DNA of 64,000 nt from Azolla caroliniana (Eukaryota > Plantae > Polypodiophyta), in the NCBI GenBank assembly GCA_043228905.1, contig JBHGNT010000013.1:14136001-14200000 (forward strand). Reading direction: 5' to 3'. Below, piece after piece: positions 11,801 to 22,850 of this stretch. Each line of letters starts with the position of its first letter. Positions within the stretch are counted from its first letter, which is position 1. Made by a program: the position numbers and the translations under genes. A model generated the notes under the pieces. The model searched no databases, had not been told where the DNA came from, and worked only from the letters and a program-made list of their open reading frames with translations.

Positions 11801-12246
11801 AATCTCCCACAATACAGGTGCGACATTTGATACCTGTTGAGTCTCTTCCACACTTGAAGAGGGACATAGGGTCCACTACAACAATGGTGTCACATTTGCA
11901 TTAGAAAAACCCAAAATATGCTTACATCAATAATGATTATAAGAATGGACATAAACTCACCATTTACTTTAATATCTTCAACACCTGGACCCACGTCATG
12001 CATGGGGTTCGTATCCATGCTCGAGTCTTGAGTAATGATGTTTTCAGCCTCCGTATCATTGGATTTGGGGCACCTAACACCCTTTCTTACATAAACCCTA
12101 AACCAACATTCAAGTTAGCACACAAACATTATTATTTATACACAATATAAAGTAGAGAAATGATTCATGCCATACCTCCCTTCATAGGGTATTGTTTCAC
12201 CCCAATCTGCATCAAAGTCTATGAAGATCTTGGACCGACTAGCCAT
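5827..12246 (-). CDS. Transposon-borne Ulp1/C48 SUMO-protease-like protein with an N-terminal Cys/His (zinc-finger-like) region; 6 exons, ~540 aa
   Basis: Exons 12246-12176, 12097-11961, 11875-11385, 6899-6640, 6558-5982, 5913-5827; all introns GT-AG with consistent phases (1623 nt). Motifs YVFIPI..GHW, FCDPL, QPNGTDCGYYV (His-Asp-Gln-Cys). Intron 3 contains the LTR element. Confidence 0.85.
6954..7499 (-). repeat. 3' LTR
   Basis: Direct repeat of 10805-11350. Confidence 0.96.
7492..10719 (-). CDS. Truncated Gag fused in frame to RT-RNaseH-integrase-chromodomain; no protease or zinc knuckle
   Basis: 1075 aa ORF: Gag (PAKFDG...GTALAWF) joined directly to VKKKDGTLRMVVDYRGLN; YLDD; EADAS...YEIHDKELLAI; integrase HHCC, core ISLDFIT...SDRG...GQSER; chromodomain YEVAAILD...YLVDWLGY...TWEP. 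Confidence 0.93.
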   Translation of the reverse strand: MESVSKQEYMRVLSELDMLTTKFVALEQENQRLLGDLQQVSTEKAHQYEELSQRVHQLEATILTLREQAAGVQNSPREPKISLPAKFDGTRSLFRGFLNQVRLVIQLHPNRYPTDAARVGLIGTLLSGTALAWFAPLLEKKSPLLEDFEAFVKKKDGTLRMVVDYRGLNKVTVRNRYALPLISSLLERLSEAKYFTKLDLRGAYNLVRIRPGDEWKTAFRTRYGHFEYTVMPFGLTNAPAVFQHMANDIFRDFLDIFIIVYLDDILIYSKTQEEHDIHVRQVLQRLREYGLYAKLEKCSFDQCQVEFLGYIVSSNGISMDPSKVQTILDWQTPQSVRDVQCFLGFANFYRKFIKDYSKIVLPLTQLTHKNRPFVWSIDANSAFEGLKQAFTSAPILIHVDPMRRFILEADASDFALGSVLSQIGDDGELHPVAFHSRKFEAAEINYEIHDKELLAIVDSFQQWRHFLEGSSQQIIVYNDHKNLTYFQSARVLNRRQARWAQFLTRFDFVILYRPGMQQGKADALSRRSYMELQPGEAAFESQKQILLGPDRLRIMAMHTINTPGDSRLLDSIREQIATDAFAQEVLSHIIPNRASSSQTQNPRLDYTQFSWHDGLLFRQTLLYVPDGPSRLKVMQQCHDTPMAGHFGIHKTFELISRRYWWPRLRHFVTDYVRSCDTCCRSKKPRHHPYGLLQPMPIPESPWKSISLDFITDLPPSKGFDSILTVVDRFTKMAHFLPCTKTITSQETADLLMREVFRHHGLPDDIISDRGPQFISKFWRHMFKLLHTSCKLSSGYHPETNGQSERTNQTVEQYLRCFVNYQQDDWVDLLPLAEFAYNNSEHSSTGYSPFFANIGYHPRWTMLEHPELPKNPAAEDRLTRLQEVQDMLLHHLCEAQNTQKKIADRHRRDSSTTFQVGDRVWLLQGSIKTTRPCYKLDYQRFGPYVISGKINDVTFRLDLPPHMRLHPVFHVSLLEPYTTSSIPGRVTPPPPPIDVSNGSEYEVAAILDSKIIRNKLYYLVDWLGYTPNDRTWEPAEHLANASDMVVAFHNQYPHKPSLNSFLPTRATRHRKGGIMS
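10792..10802 (-). other. Primer-binding site complementary to the predicted 5' end of the element's own transcript
   Basis: Element-sense TTGAACCGAAT lies 2 nt inside the 5' LTR; its exact complement ATTCGGTTCAA is at 11043-11033, 25 nt downstream of TATAAATA. Confidence 0.8.
10805..11350 (-). repeat. 5' LTR
   Basis: Direct repeat of 6954-7499; TATA box at 11069-11076 on the minus strand. Confidence 0.96.
11091..11190. promoter_or_regulatory. Heat-shock element arrays in LTR U3 (also at 7240-7339)
   Basis: aTTCtaGAAtgTTCtaGAAt (4 perfect alternating pentamers, 11091-11110) and aTTCaaGAAcaTTCtaGAAtaATCtaGAAtgTTCt (7 pentamers, 1 mismatch, 11156-11190). Confidence 0.75.
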
Positions 12247-12449
12247 CTGTACAAAACATTTTTAGAAAGGCATTCATTACATTACTATTATTTAGGGAGA
12301 AAAAACGCAAAGAATGTATACAAGATTTTAGATTTGACATTCAAATGTGGGCATAAAAAAGAGCCCAATAATGCATGAATCACATGGGCAAATTCAAGCA
12401 TTCAAATGTTGGCATTTAAATGACATTCAAATGTTGGCAAAATCAAAAT

Positions 12450-13290
12450 CATACATGTATTCAATCATACACAGCCCATGGGAGATCTTAAATGCACACA
12501 TACATGTATTAAATCACAGCCTATAGAAGATCTTAAATACACACAAACATGTATTCAATCATACACATGCACACACATTCGCAGCCCATGGAAGATCTAA
12601 AATACACAAATACATGTATTCAATCATACACATGTATACACACACATTCCCAAATAAATGTATTCATCATACAACAAACACACACATTCACAGCCCAAAG
12701 AAGATCTTAAATACACACATACATGTATTCAACCATCACACACACACAAATGTATTCAATCATACACACACAGAAATGTATTCAATCATACACATGTATA
12801 CACACACATTCCCAAATAAATGTATTCAATCATACAACAAACACACACATTCACAGCCCAAAGAAGATCTTAAATACACACATACATGTATTCAACCATC
12901 ACACACACAAATGTATTCAATCATACACACATACATGTATTCAATCATACACACATACATAAGTATTCAATCATACACATGTATACACGCACATTCCCAA
13001 ATAAATGTATTCAATCATACAACAAACACACACATTCACAGCCCAAAGAAGATCTTAAATACACACATACATGTAACCCTAAACCCATCACACACACAAA
13101 TGTATTCAATCATACACACACAGAAATGTATTCAATCATACACACACATACATGTATTTAATCATACACATACACACACAAATGTATTGAATCATACACA
13201 CATACATGTATTTAATCATACACATACACACACAAATGTATTGAATCATACACACATACATGTATTTAATCATACACACATTTATGGTAC
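12450..13290. repeat. CA-rich minisatellite (ATGTATTCAATCATACAC...) inside the MULE, upstream of the Ulp1 start codon
   Basis: Dozens of units; source of the low-complexity His/Thr ORFs in the track. Confidence 0.9.
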
Positions 13291-13772
13291 CTATTAGAAG
13301 GAATACATGTATGTGTGTGCAACCCTAAACCTAATAGAAAGAATATGATACCTAATAAAAACCAAAACCTAATAGAAGGAATATGATGCCTACCTCTGGA
13401 CTGCAGGTGCTCGCAGTGCCTCACCGGAGATGTTTGCAACGAGTGCTCGCAGACAGGTGGTGCGCCTCGCTCAAAAACCCTAAACCCTCAAACCCACGAA
13501 TGACAGAAAATGACAGAAAATGACAGAAAATGGGTTTTTATACTTCCTTGAACATGAATGAGAAGGGCTCCCTTTTGACAAAATGGAGCCATTCTTTAAT
13601 GAGTCGGGCTCCAAGGGAGCCCTTCTTTAATGAGTCGGGCGCCATTTTGCCTGAATGGGTTTTTATACTTCCCTGAACATGAATGAGAAGGGCTCCCTTT
13701 CACAAAGTGGAGCCCTTCTTTAATGAGCCGGGCTCCCTTTTTACGTGGCGCGCTTTTTCGCGCCTATTCCAC

Positions 13773-13885
13773 ATCCATCTTGGACGGTGGAGATCGAACG
13801 CGCCATCAGCGGTGCGACCTGCACCGTCCCTCTCCGCGATTCCCTCACTTGGCCTCTTTAATATTTGGTAGTAGTTAGACACCAC
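13773..13885 (-). repeat. Right terminal inverted repeat of the MULE
   Basis: Reverse complement of 953-1066. Confidence 0.92.
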
Positions 13886-14198
13886 GGGTTTTAATGGATA
13901 TGTATGTATGTATGTATGTATGGGGTTCAAGAAAGATTTGGGTTTTTATGTATGTATTATGTATGTATGGGGTTCAAGAAAGAGTTGGGTTTTTTATGTA
14001 TGTATGTATGTATGGGGTTCAAGAAAGATTTGGGTTTTTATGTATGTATTATGTATGTATGGGGTTCAAGAAAGAGTTGGGTTTTTATGTATGTATGTAT
14101 GTATGTATGTATCATGTATGTACATGTATGGATGGGGTTCAACAAAGAGTTGGGTTTTTATGTATGTATGTATGTATGTATGTATATGCATGTATATA
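13886..14198. repeat. Minisatellite, right half (GGGGTTCAAGAAAGA(G)TTGGGTTTTT + (TATG)n)
   Basis: Five further units of the array seen at 785-952. Confidence 0.9.
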
Positions 14199-14862
14199 TG
14201 GCTCTGGTCTATTTGTTTTCGAATCATAACGAAGCTTAGCGGGGAATCAAGGCCAAAGACGTGCAGTGCAGCACACATTTCCAAGGGTCCAAAACAAGCG
14301 CAAAATCAAAAAAACTAATTTTTGGGAGCCCAGTAGCCCAGCTTTGAGGCATAGAGGGAGTTCGACTCAAATGAGCCTTAATAAGTGAGGGAGTTCGACT
14401 CAAAAGGAGCCCGAGTTATAACTATAGTCGACTAAAATCCCGATGCCTGTCATATTTCTCAAAATTTTGAAACAACAATGAGGGTTTTAGGAGGGAAGAA
14501 GCCATCATCACCACATCAGGATATTCAGCTTGATTGTTTATGTACATACTCCCAACGAGAAGTGACAAAAGCCCGATCCTAAATCAGATAAATGTATCCT
14601 CGTAGGGTACTCACTCGAACAAAAGGGGTACAAGTGTTATAATCCATCTACCCAGAAAGTCGTCTTGTTGTTTGGCTTGTTTCAAGTTTCTGAATTCCTC
14701 GACTCTGTGTCTGAATAGTCGGGTCGACTTCGGCTGGTCGAATGGCATATGTTCTCCTTCATCTAACTACTTCGTGGTCCTTGTTCGACTAGCCTGTTTG
14801 TTCATCTGCTAAGTTCGGCTTCATGCTTCAACTCCCCACGGTTGGTTGTGATGCTACTTCGA

Positions 14863-17800
14863 CTACTGCATTGTACTCGTCGGTTGTGTTGTACTGCCCC
14901 TCAAGTTCAGCAATGCGGCTATCGTTAGACCAAGGTCTGATATGAATTGCCTGAGTTTATCGACTTGTAAGGCTTTTGTGAAGATGTTGGCTACTTGAAG
15001 GTCTGTGCTAATGTGTTGCAAGTCAACATCCCCAAGTTGACCGCGCTTAGTGCACTTTGATATGCTTTGTGCACGCACGGAACACTGTGTTACAAGCCAG
15101 ATGAATATTGCTCACGTTGTCGCAGTAAAGGGGAATCAGATCCTTGATGGGAATGCCAGATCCTTCAATATTCTCTTCAAACAAACAACTTCACATGCTA
15201 CGATGATCGCGCCCCTATATTCTGCTTCTGTGCTCGACAATGCAACTATCGGCTACTTTTTGTTGCTCCATGAGATAGCTTTGCTACCGAGGGAGAAGAC
15301 AAATCCTGAGGTCGATCGTCTGTTGGCCTTGTAGCTGGCCCAGTCTGCATCTATGTACCCTTTGAGTCGAATGATTGTTTCCAACTTATACAAGATGTCG
15401 TAATACATCGTCCCACTAGCGTACATGAGTACTCTCTTAGCGCAATCCAAATGAATATTCCGAGGTTTCTGCATGAATTGGCTAAGTAGACCGACCAAAT
15501 AGTTGAGGTCGGGTCGTGTGATGGTAAGATAGATTAAGCTACCGACCATCCGACAATACGGAATCGACTCGCACTCTTATGTCCCAGAGTCAACATCGAG
15601 CTTTAGGTTTCAATCGAGAGGGGTTGACACAGGTTTGCACTCTGTCATCTCGAACTTGTATAGCAAATTGAGGATGTAGTGTCGTTGGGAGATCATAATG
15701 TCGGATGGGGTTCAAATTACTTCTATACTTAGAAAGTAATGGATCTCGCGCATGTCTTTCATTTTGAATCTGATGGACAAGAGGGATTTGACCTTATTGA
15801 TGTCAGCTAGATTCTCTCCTCCGATGACCAGATCATCCAATTACAGGATGATGACAATCAGGCTTTTGGAATCACTACTTACGTAGAGTAAGTTGTCTCA
15901 TTTCGACATTCGAAAGCCGATTTGGTGAAGATTATGAGTAATCTTTGAATGCCAAGCACACGGTGCTTGCTTGAGTCCATACAATCGTTTCTTGAGTCGG
16001 CAGATTGCGGTCGGGTGGTTGGTTGATTCGAAACCGGGTGGTTGAATCATGAAAACCTCCTTTTCTAATTTGCCTTAAAGAAATGTGTTCTTCACGTCCA
16101 TTTGATGGAGATGCCACCCTCTAACAACTGTGAGTATAATGATTGTCCGAACAGTTGTCATCTTTGCCACCGGGGTAAAGGTCTCCTCGTAATCGACTCT
16201 ATTCGTTTGAGCGTATCCTTTTGCTCCGAGTTGTGCTTTGTAGCGGTTTACCAAGCCATCGACACTATATTCACCTTGTAAATCAACCTACAACTAATCG
16301 CTTTCTTGTGTGGTGAGTGGCGGACGAGATCCCATGTCTCGTTCTTGCATAGCGCCTACATCTCCTCGTTCATGGCTTCGACCCATCGTGCATCCTTGGA
16401 TGCCTTGGAAAAAAATTTCGGTTCTTAGACTATCGCCTCCTTCATCATAAAGACATAGTGATATGCCATGTCGTCATCATAGCTGAATTCGCTGACTGGG
16501 TTTTTCTCTCAGGTGGAGCGACAAAGTTTCTCGTTTGCAATAGCTCTAGACTTCTTTACTCCATTCGTCTGCATTATTGGAGCATCAAGGCTTTCAAACT
16601 CACTATTGAGTGAGTGAGTCAATTCGTCATCATCCAAATCATCGTACTCTAGCATTTTGGCCTTCCCTTTGTTCATCTTCAGACTCCGATCGAGATGTGC
16701 TTCAGTCACTCAGAGACTCTTGTGGTCCATTGAGCCTAGTCGTAATGGGGCTTTGTCCTATTATATGCCTTGGTCGACTGATGTCTTCTATCTCTTGGTT
16801 GGCCAAATTCGGGTCGACTGGGATCAAAATCAAAATCGACTCTAGTTCATACCATGATGCCGACTCGTCGAAAACGATGTCCCGACTTACTCGAACTTTC
16901 CAAGTAGATGGATTATAACACGTGTACCCTTTTTGTTCGAGTGAGTACCCTATGAGGATACATTTCTCCGATTACAATCAATCTTTTATCACTTCTTGTC
17001 GGGAATATGTACATAAGCAATCGAGTTGAATATCCTGACATGGGATAATTACGGCTTCTTTCCGAATAACATCTCGTGGGGTGTGATGTCGTGCGCTCTC
17101 AATGTTGTGCATCGATTCATGAGGTAGATGGTTGTGTTTGTTGCATCTACTGAGAACAACTTCGGTAGGTTGTTTCTCGTTCATCGTTGCTCTTGCCACC
17201 TCCAATATGTGCCGATTTTTCCTTTCTACTACTTCGTTTTGATGAGGTGTGTGTCAGTAGGTAAATTCTCATCGAATTCCTTCCTTTCAGAGATAAGTTG
17301 TAAATTTGTCTCACAAGTACTCCTTTTCCTCCGTTTGATCGAAGGCATTAGACATGCCTACTTGTTGTTTTTTCGACTTCAATTTTCAATGTCTAGAAGT
17401 GTTCAAACAGTTCGTTCTTTTGTTGCATGGGGTAGATCCAAGTGTGCCTAGAGAAGTCATCAATGAACGTCACGTAATATTGGCATCCACCGAATGTAGC
17501 CATTTGAGTCAGTCCCCATATGTCAAAGTGGACTACGTCCAAGACTCCTTTACTCAAATTCCTATTCTTCGGGAATGGATGTTGGTGTTGCTTGCCGAAT
17601 CAGCAAGCTTCACAAACTCTAGTGCTTTCTTTTTCGGTGAAGGTCGGAAGTCCAACGACTCCTTTCGCCTTCATGTTCTAGAGCTTTTGGATATTAATGT
17701 GGCTGATTCTCTTGTCCCACACTTTCAAGTCGGCGTCGACTTTGAGGCCTTTCGCGAACATGGTTGACTTCACCTCGTTTGAGTCAAGGATGAACATTTG

Positions 17801-18830
17801 ACCTTCTCTTCGACCCCGAGCAACAAGTCGACTGTCTTTTTTGATCAAGCACAATTTGTGATTGAACCATACTTGCATGCCTTGTTCTACAATTTGGTCG
17901 ACCGAGACCAAATTTTTCATGATGGTCGGGACATGCAATATGTTCTTGATGTAGGTTAGTTTGTCATCGTTCCCAAATGGGACATTTCTGACATGTTGAA
18001 TAGGGTTTATTGTGTTGTCCCTAGTTTTGACATAGCCGGATTGATCGGGTTTTCGCAACTCTCGGAATCAATCTTCGTGCGACGTCATGTGATTGGATGC
18101 TCTAGAGTTGACAAACCATACATTGTCTGAAGTAAAGGTGCTAGTTGGACTCAATGTTGACATTGAGTGTGATTTATGCGTCATTATGAACATTCCGCCA
18201 AGGTCGTCATAGTCAGAATTCGTAGCATAGTTCATGAGTTGTCAGCTAGTTGAAGCCGACTCTCGTTTCTTCTTTCGACACTCCTCTTCATAGTGGCTGA
18301 ATTTTCCACAATACCCCCATTCGATCGGGTTGTTTTGGTGACTTGGTCCAACATGATGGCTCCCCCTTCTACCGAACTCCCTTGATGTGTTCTTGGCCTC
18401 TTGTCGATAGTGAGAGTCACGTTCTTGGGTCGGTGGACCATTTCAGCCTCGTTCGACTCGGCCTCTATTTCCTCAGCAGAATCCTCTTCCCTCGTCCGAC
18501 TAGGAGTAGAGCATGTGACCATCTAGTGCATTGCTCCTTGGTTGGATGTGATTTTCTTCAACCAATAGTATTGATTGAAGATCGAAAAAGGAGGGCAAAT
18601 TCTCCCTTGCAAGGATGGCCGACCCGATTGTGTCAAATCGTGGTGCTAAGTTGTTGAGGCATATTTGTACCATTTCATCATTGTCGATGCTACCGTTGAT
18701 AGATCTAAGGGCAACACACAACTCCTTGATCTTCAAGGTGTAGCCCGTGATCAACATATCCTTTGTTAAATATTGTTAAACTCCTAATGGAGTTGAAACT
18801 TGTGTGCGGCCGTGTTGGCCACCAAAATCT
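14863..18830 (-). mobile_element. Degenerate Ty1/copia retrotransposon internal region (gag, GAG-pre-integrase, integrase, RT, RNaseH)
   Basis: Fragments with stops and frameshifts: ILHVPTIMKNLVSV, VGSLIYLTITRPDL, GYIDADWA...RRSTSG...ISW, STDLQVANIFTKAL, in copia domain order. Confidence 0.9.
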
Positions 18831-18839
18831 TCTGTTGTA

Positions 18840-19466
18840 ACCGCCGGTTGGCGAAGACAAATCTCGAGGTCGTTGTCGCTGAGTCTCGCATTGTTGTACC
18901 TCTCTTATAGTGATACTGTTCGGAGTCAGTGAACTCCTATGGTTTTGCCTCTCGAGGTTTTCCACATTAACATACTGTATCAACTCATTCCTGTGTAAGT
19001 GCATTAATCCTTATCTCTGTTTCTTACATTGTGAGTTTGGAACTTGGTTGTGGCCGAGAACGATTCCCCACAAATTGGTATCAAAGCGAAGTTGGAAACT
19101 TCAAACGAAAATGGAAGACTCATTCAGAGGCATGTTCAAGCTCACCGGCTCAAAACTACTCAGTTTGGTAGTCGAAGATGAGAGACATGCTGGTGGTTAA
19201 AGATCTTTGGTTGCCGGTACAATTTGGAGACAAAAGACCGAACAAGATTGATGTTGCGACCTAGGAAGTAATGCACATGAAGACAACAACATACATAATA
19301 TGCTTCATCGACATTAACCTGTACAATAACTCCAACGAAGAGAACAAGGCTGATGCCCCCTCGGAGAAGATCGACATTATGTTGGATAGAGTCTTAGTAT
19401 TCCAAAAAATAGTGAGGCTCAGGTATCAAGACGACGCCAGTATGGCAGAGCACATGAACACCTTCT
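18840..19466 (+). mobile_element. Fragment of a second copia element: LTR 3' part, iMet PBS and degenerate gag
   Basis: ...CA then TGGTATCAAAGC (19076-19087); gag-like MEDSFRGMFKLTG..(N)YSVW*SKMRDMLVVKDLW...MAEHMNTF from 19111. Confidence 0.75.
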
Positions 19467-19470
19467 AAAT

Positions 19471-19612
19471 TTCTCAACACATGGCAAGTGATAGTTCTCA
19501 ATATTTGCTTGACATTTTCACTAAAGTTTATTTGGATGACAACTTGATCTACTTGAAGACTCGAACATGAGCATTATGTACATGTTTGTCAAGTTCTACA
19601 ACGATTGTGGGA
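19471..19612 (+). pseudogene. Short degenerate gypsy RT fragment related to the chromovirus RT
   Basis: Translates as QHMASD..YLLDIFTKVYLDDNLIYLKT...HVCQVLQRL, matching QHMANDIFRDFLDIFIIVYLDDILIYSKT...HVRQVLQRL. Confidence 0.7.
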
Positions 19613-20302
19613 ATAAAATCATAGTTCGCAATATGATCACAATGCTTTAAAAAGGAAAATAGAAAATATGGACTAGCCAAGGAAATATAGTGACATTTGC
19701 TTTAAACAAGCAACAGTTTGGATTACACCTTGCCCAATATCAAGATCACACTTATGCCTCGGGGAATGTTTATCCCAAAATGAAGAGGAAGGCCTTTTTG
19801 CTGCCAAAGGTGTCTTCTTCATTGTTGTTATTAGGGATTATTGATCCCAAGATGCGGATGGTTTATAGTTTTGTTGGGCCAAAAGTTGCTCCAAGATGCA
19901 AAGGTAGATCTAATTATTGTTGAAAGACTTTACTAATCAAGCTGAGTTCCCTTTCCATGCATGGAAAAAATAGAGAATCATGAAAAAAATACCACAAAGG
20001 AATTTGGTAGAACATTTATAATCATCCAATTGGAATCTGTTCCCTGTATAAAAATGTTTCCAGCCCTGGCAAGTTTTAAAAAAGTGACTAGGGATTTACT
20101 TTCTAATACAAACCCTTGCAAAAACATAGATAAAACTTTCATTTGTTATTATACATATTTACTTACACACGCAATCTCGTTTCTAATATATACATGATAA
20201 TCTATATCAGCTTTTGCTAGCCATGGAATATGTTTTTATATACAATAGATGCTCTCATTTGATGCATACACTCTTTTCTTCAAAGAGAGAAAAAGCTGAA
20301 AT

Positions 20303-22850
20303 CTAGTTACGGGTAGATACTGGCAATGGTTTACTAGAAGCCAGAACAGTTGAAATCTTGGACATTAAGAACCCAGCAGCTCCAGCAAACAACATCTCTT
20401 TAGAAAAAGGCTGTTTATTGGTAGAAGAAAAGAGAACTTCTGATATTACACCCAAAACCATAAAACTTGCTGCAAGTCCTATTAATGGGGATCTGAATAT
20501 GGCAAGATTTCCTGTGGATTCAGATTCATTGGTTCTGGATACATCTGAACTGTCCATTGCATCTTCTTTCCCAACACCTGCAGGGATTCGATCTATGGCT
20601 CTTTGTAGAAGAAACAAATAAAAGAAACCAATCATTCCACCTATGCAAAAACCTTCAGCGATCTCATTATGACCAGACCCAGCTAACATTACACTGCCAA
20701 ATGTCACAAGCAATGCATCATAACTTAATAAAGAGAGTTTCAAAATCTCATACTCTTTTATCCACTTCTTTCTTGATTCCTCTATATCCTTTCTAGATCG
20801 TTTTCTTCTAGCATGCAGCATACGATATTCAGAGGAGGATAACAGAGAGATTTTGGATGCCTTCAGCTCTGCAGCTGAAACAACGCCACCATCTCCAATT
20901 CTGATGTTACAACACTCAAAATCATATTGTATGATTTTGTGATCGCTCTCTTTTGCACCATCTAGACCATCTTTCATCACATGTTCAGGAAACACTGTTG
21001 TTATGTTCACGTTTTCTATTCTCCAGCTACCTGCAGATTCAAGTAAAGCATACTTTCTGTAGTGTATAACGGGATGACAACCTCTTACGAAATGTATGTT
21101 GAAACACAATGTATGTAATAAGTTTCCAAAAGAATCCTTATACGTCTTGCTACTCTTCTATAATTCTAGAACAAATCCATACCTTTTATAATTCCAAAAC
21201 AAAAACTTAGTCAAGCAAAGCATTTACATATTCCAGGAATTGAAAATCAGTGCTTACAGCGACAACATTTATGTGAACAGGGTAAGGTGAATCGATCAGA
21301 GTAGGTGTGAGGCCAAACTGGAAAAAGGCAAGTATGGAACCAAAAAGCAGAAGATACAAGAAAAAGATAAGTTTGAAGGACGATGAAGGAAAAAGGAGTA
21401 TTACAAAATGAACGCAGCACATCTTTTTATGGATATAATCATGTCTGATTTATAAGCCAATAAACTTAACCTAGAAATCTATCATATATACCGATATCAG
21501 CTGTGAATACTCTTTGGTCTCCTTTGAAAAATAATCTTACTCTTTAAGAAAGTGATCTACCAATCACATGCTTGAGAAATCTCTCAGTGGGTTGAGACGC
21601 GATCTTAGTATCAACTCCACATTTTCTCTTCTAAAAAGGTGATCTATCAAATGGGTGCTTGGAAAACCACTCAGTAGATTGAAAGATTGTGTACAGAAGA
21701 TAGTAGTGTACATGACCTACTATTGACCCATCACTTTGAAGTGATCCTTACCATACGTTGTTACAGTGTTAACCTACCATGTCTTAATATCTGTATTTAT
21801 GGACTCTACTTGTTTTCACTCTTGATGACAATGTATCATGAAAAAGCAGACAAAAGTGATGAAATGACTAACCTCTTTCTGGAGCAATCCATACAGCTTG
21901 GAGTTTCCCCAAATCTGGTCCATTAAATGTAATAACATCATGAGAACCTCTCTGAAAGCATTGATCACTTAATGCAGGAATATGTGTACTATCGCTTTGG
22001 TTACTTATTGATATTTCATCATCACCAAAGGCTACAGGTGACAATCTATACAATAAGCTCCTTCCTTCTTCTCCAATCAGTGCCAATAAAATGCCAACAG
22101 TCCAATCAGAAATGCCCGAGCCATAATCTTTACTAGTCGCTATAAAAACTCGGTAAGAGGCCTTGCTCGCATCTGATTCATTAGGATTATTCAAGATGAT
22201 GGGTACACTAGACTCTACATCAGTATCTGCAAGTGATTTTGGTTCTGTGAAATTATAACAATTGACTGTATGTAATTTTTCTCCTGAAAAACAATATGTT
22301 GATGGTTAATATCAAGAAATGAAATTTGTGTCAGTTGCCCCAAGTATAGAGTTTATAGGATTTTGAATTTCAAACCTTGAATTTCTCTTACTTATGAATT
22401 TACCCAATTCCAAACCTGTCCCAAACCTTCAGCACCTATTTTCCTTTCTATGAATTTGCCGAACTTGCTATATTCTAGCTCCATTTATATTTAGTTCCTA
22501 ATCTTTCGGAGATCTTTGCTCTGTTGCATAGTGTCTCACAAATTTGATAAATGGTACTATGCGCAAAGGTATAGAATGTGTTCTTATCAAAACAAGATAT
22601 TCATCTCCTGCTAAATCTTAGCTCATTAAAAAATTAATTTCCTGCACTTTTAATTCTTTTATGTTTCCTCACCTCCTAAAGCTCTCTAAAGAGACAAACA
22701 GAGAACGCAGCACATGAAACATCGGTGAAGGCAAACGCACCTCTCGTGATGGTGATTTCTCTTCTTAAACTTCTCAATACACTTAATGATGGATGCCAAC
22801 ATTTGGATGCCCAATTTCCAGAATAAGATGACTCCACCTCATGCAGAGGT
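20303..22850 (-). CDS. PLAT/LH2-like domain protein with C-terminal transmembrane region, probably organellar; first exon unresolved
   Basis: Exons 22850-22741, 22283-21873, 21030-20303 with GT-AG sites and consistent phases; FQRGSHDVITFNGPDLGKLQAVWIAPERGSWRI is PLAT-like; C-terminal hydrophobic helices (GGMIGFFYLFLLQRAID). Candidate first exon 25680-25646. Confidence 0.75.

Larger units (their letters stand above)
953..13885 (-). mobile_element. Mutator-like DNA transposon carrying a Ulp1 protease gene (Kaonashi-type organisation), with a nested LTR retrotransposon
   Basis: TIRs 953-1066 and 13773-13885; GGGTTTTAAT(G) duplicated at 943-952(953) and 13886-13895(13896); G...C termini; internal transposase and Ulp1 genes. 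Confidence 0.92.

Noticed and set aside
13474-13495. AAACCCTAAACCC telomere-like motif
   Set aside because: Only 1-2 units; an ordinary telo-box-like promoter motif, not an interstitial telomere.
785-14198. Constant 25 bp repeats with variable spacers (785-952 and 13886-14198), superficially CRISPR-like
   Set aside because: Spacers are only (TATG)n length variants, the context is eukaryotic and there are no cas genes; this is a minisatellite.
12614-14318. His/Thr- and Met/Tyr/Val/Cys-rich ORFs (also 567-1076)
   Set aside because: Translations of CA/TATG-rich tandem repeats.
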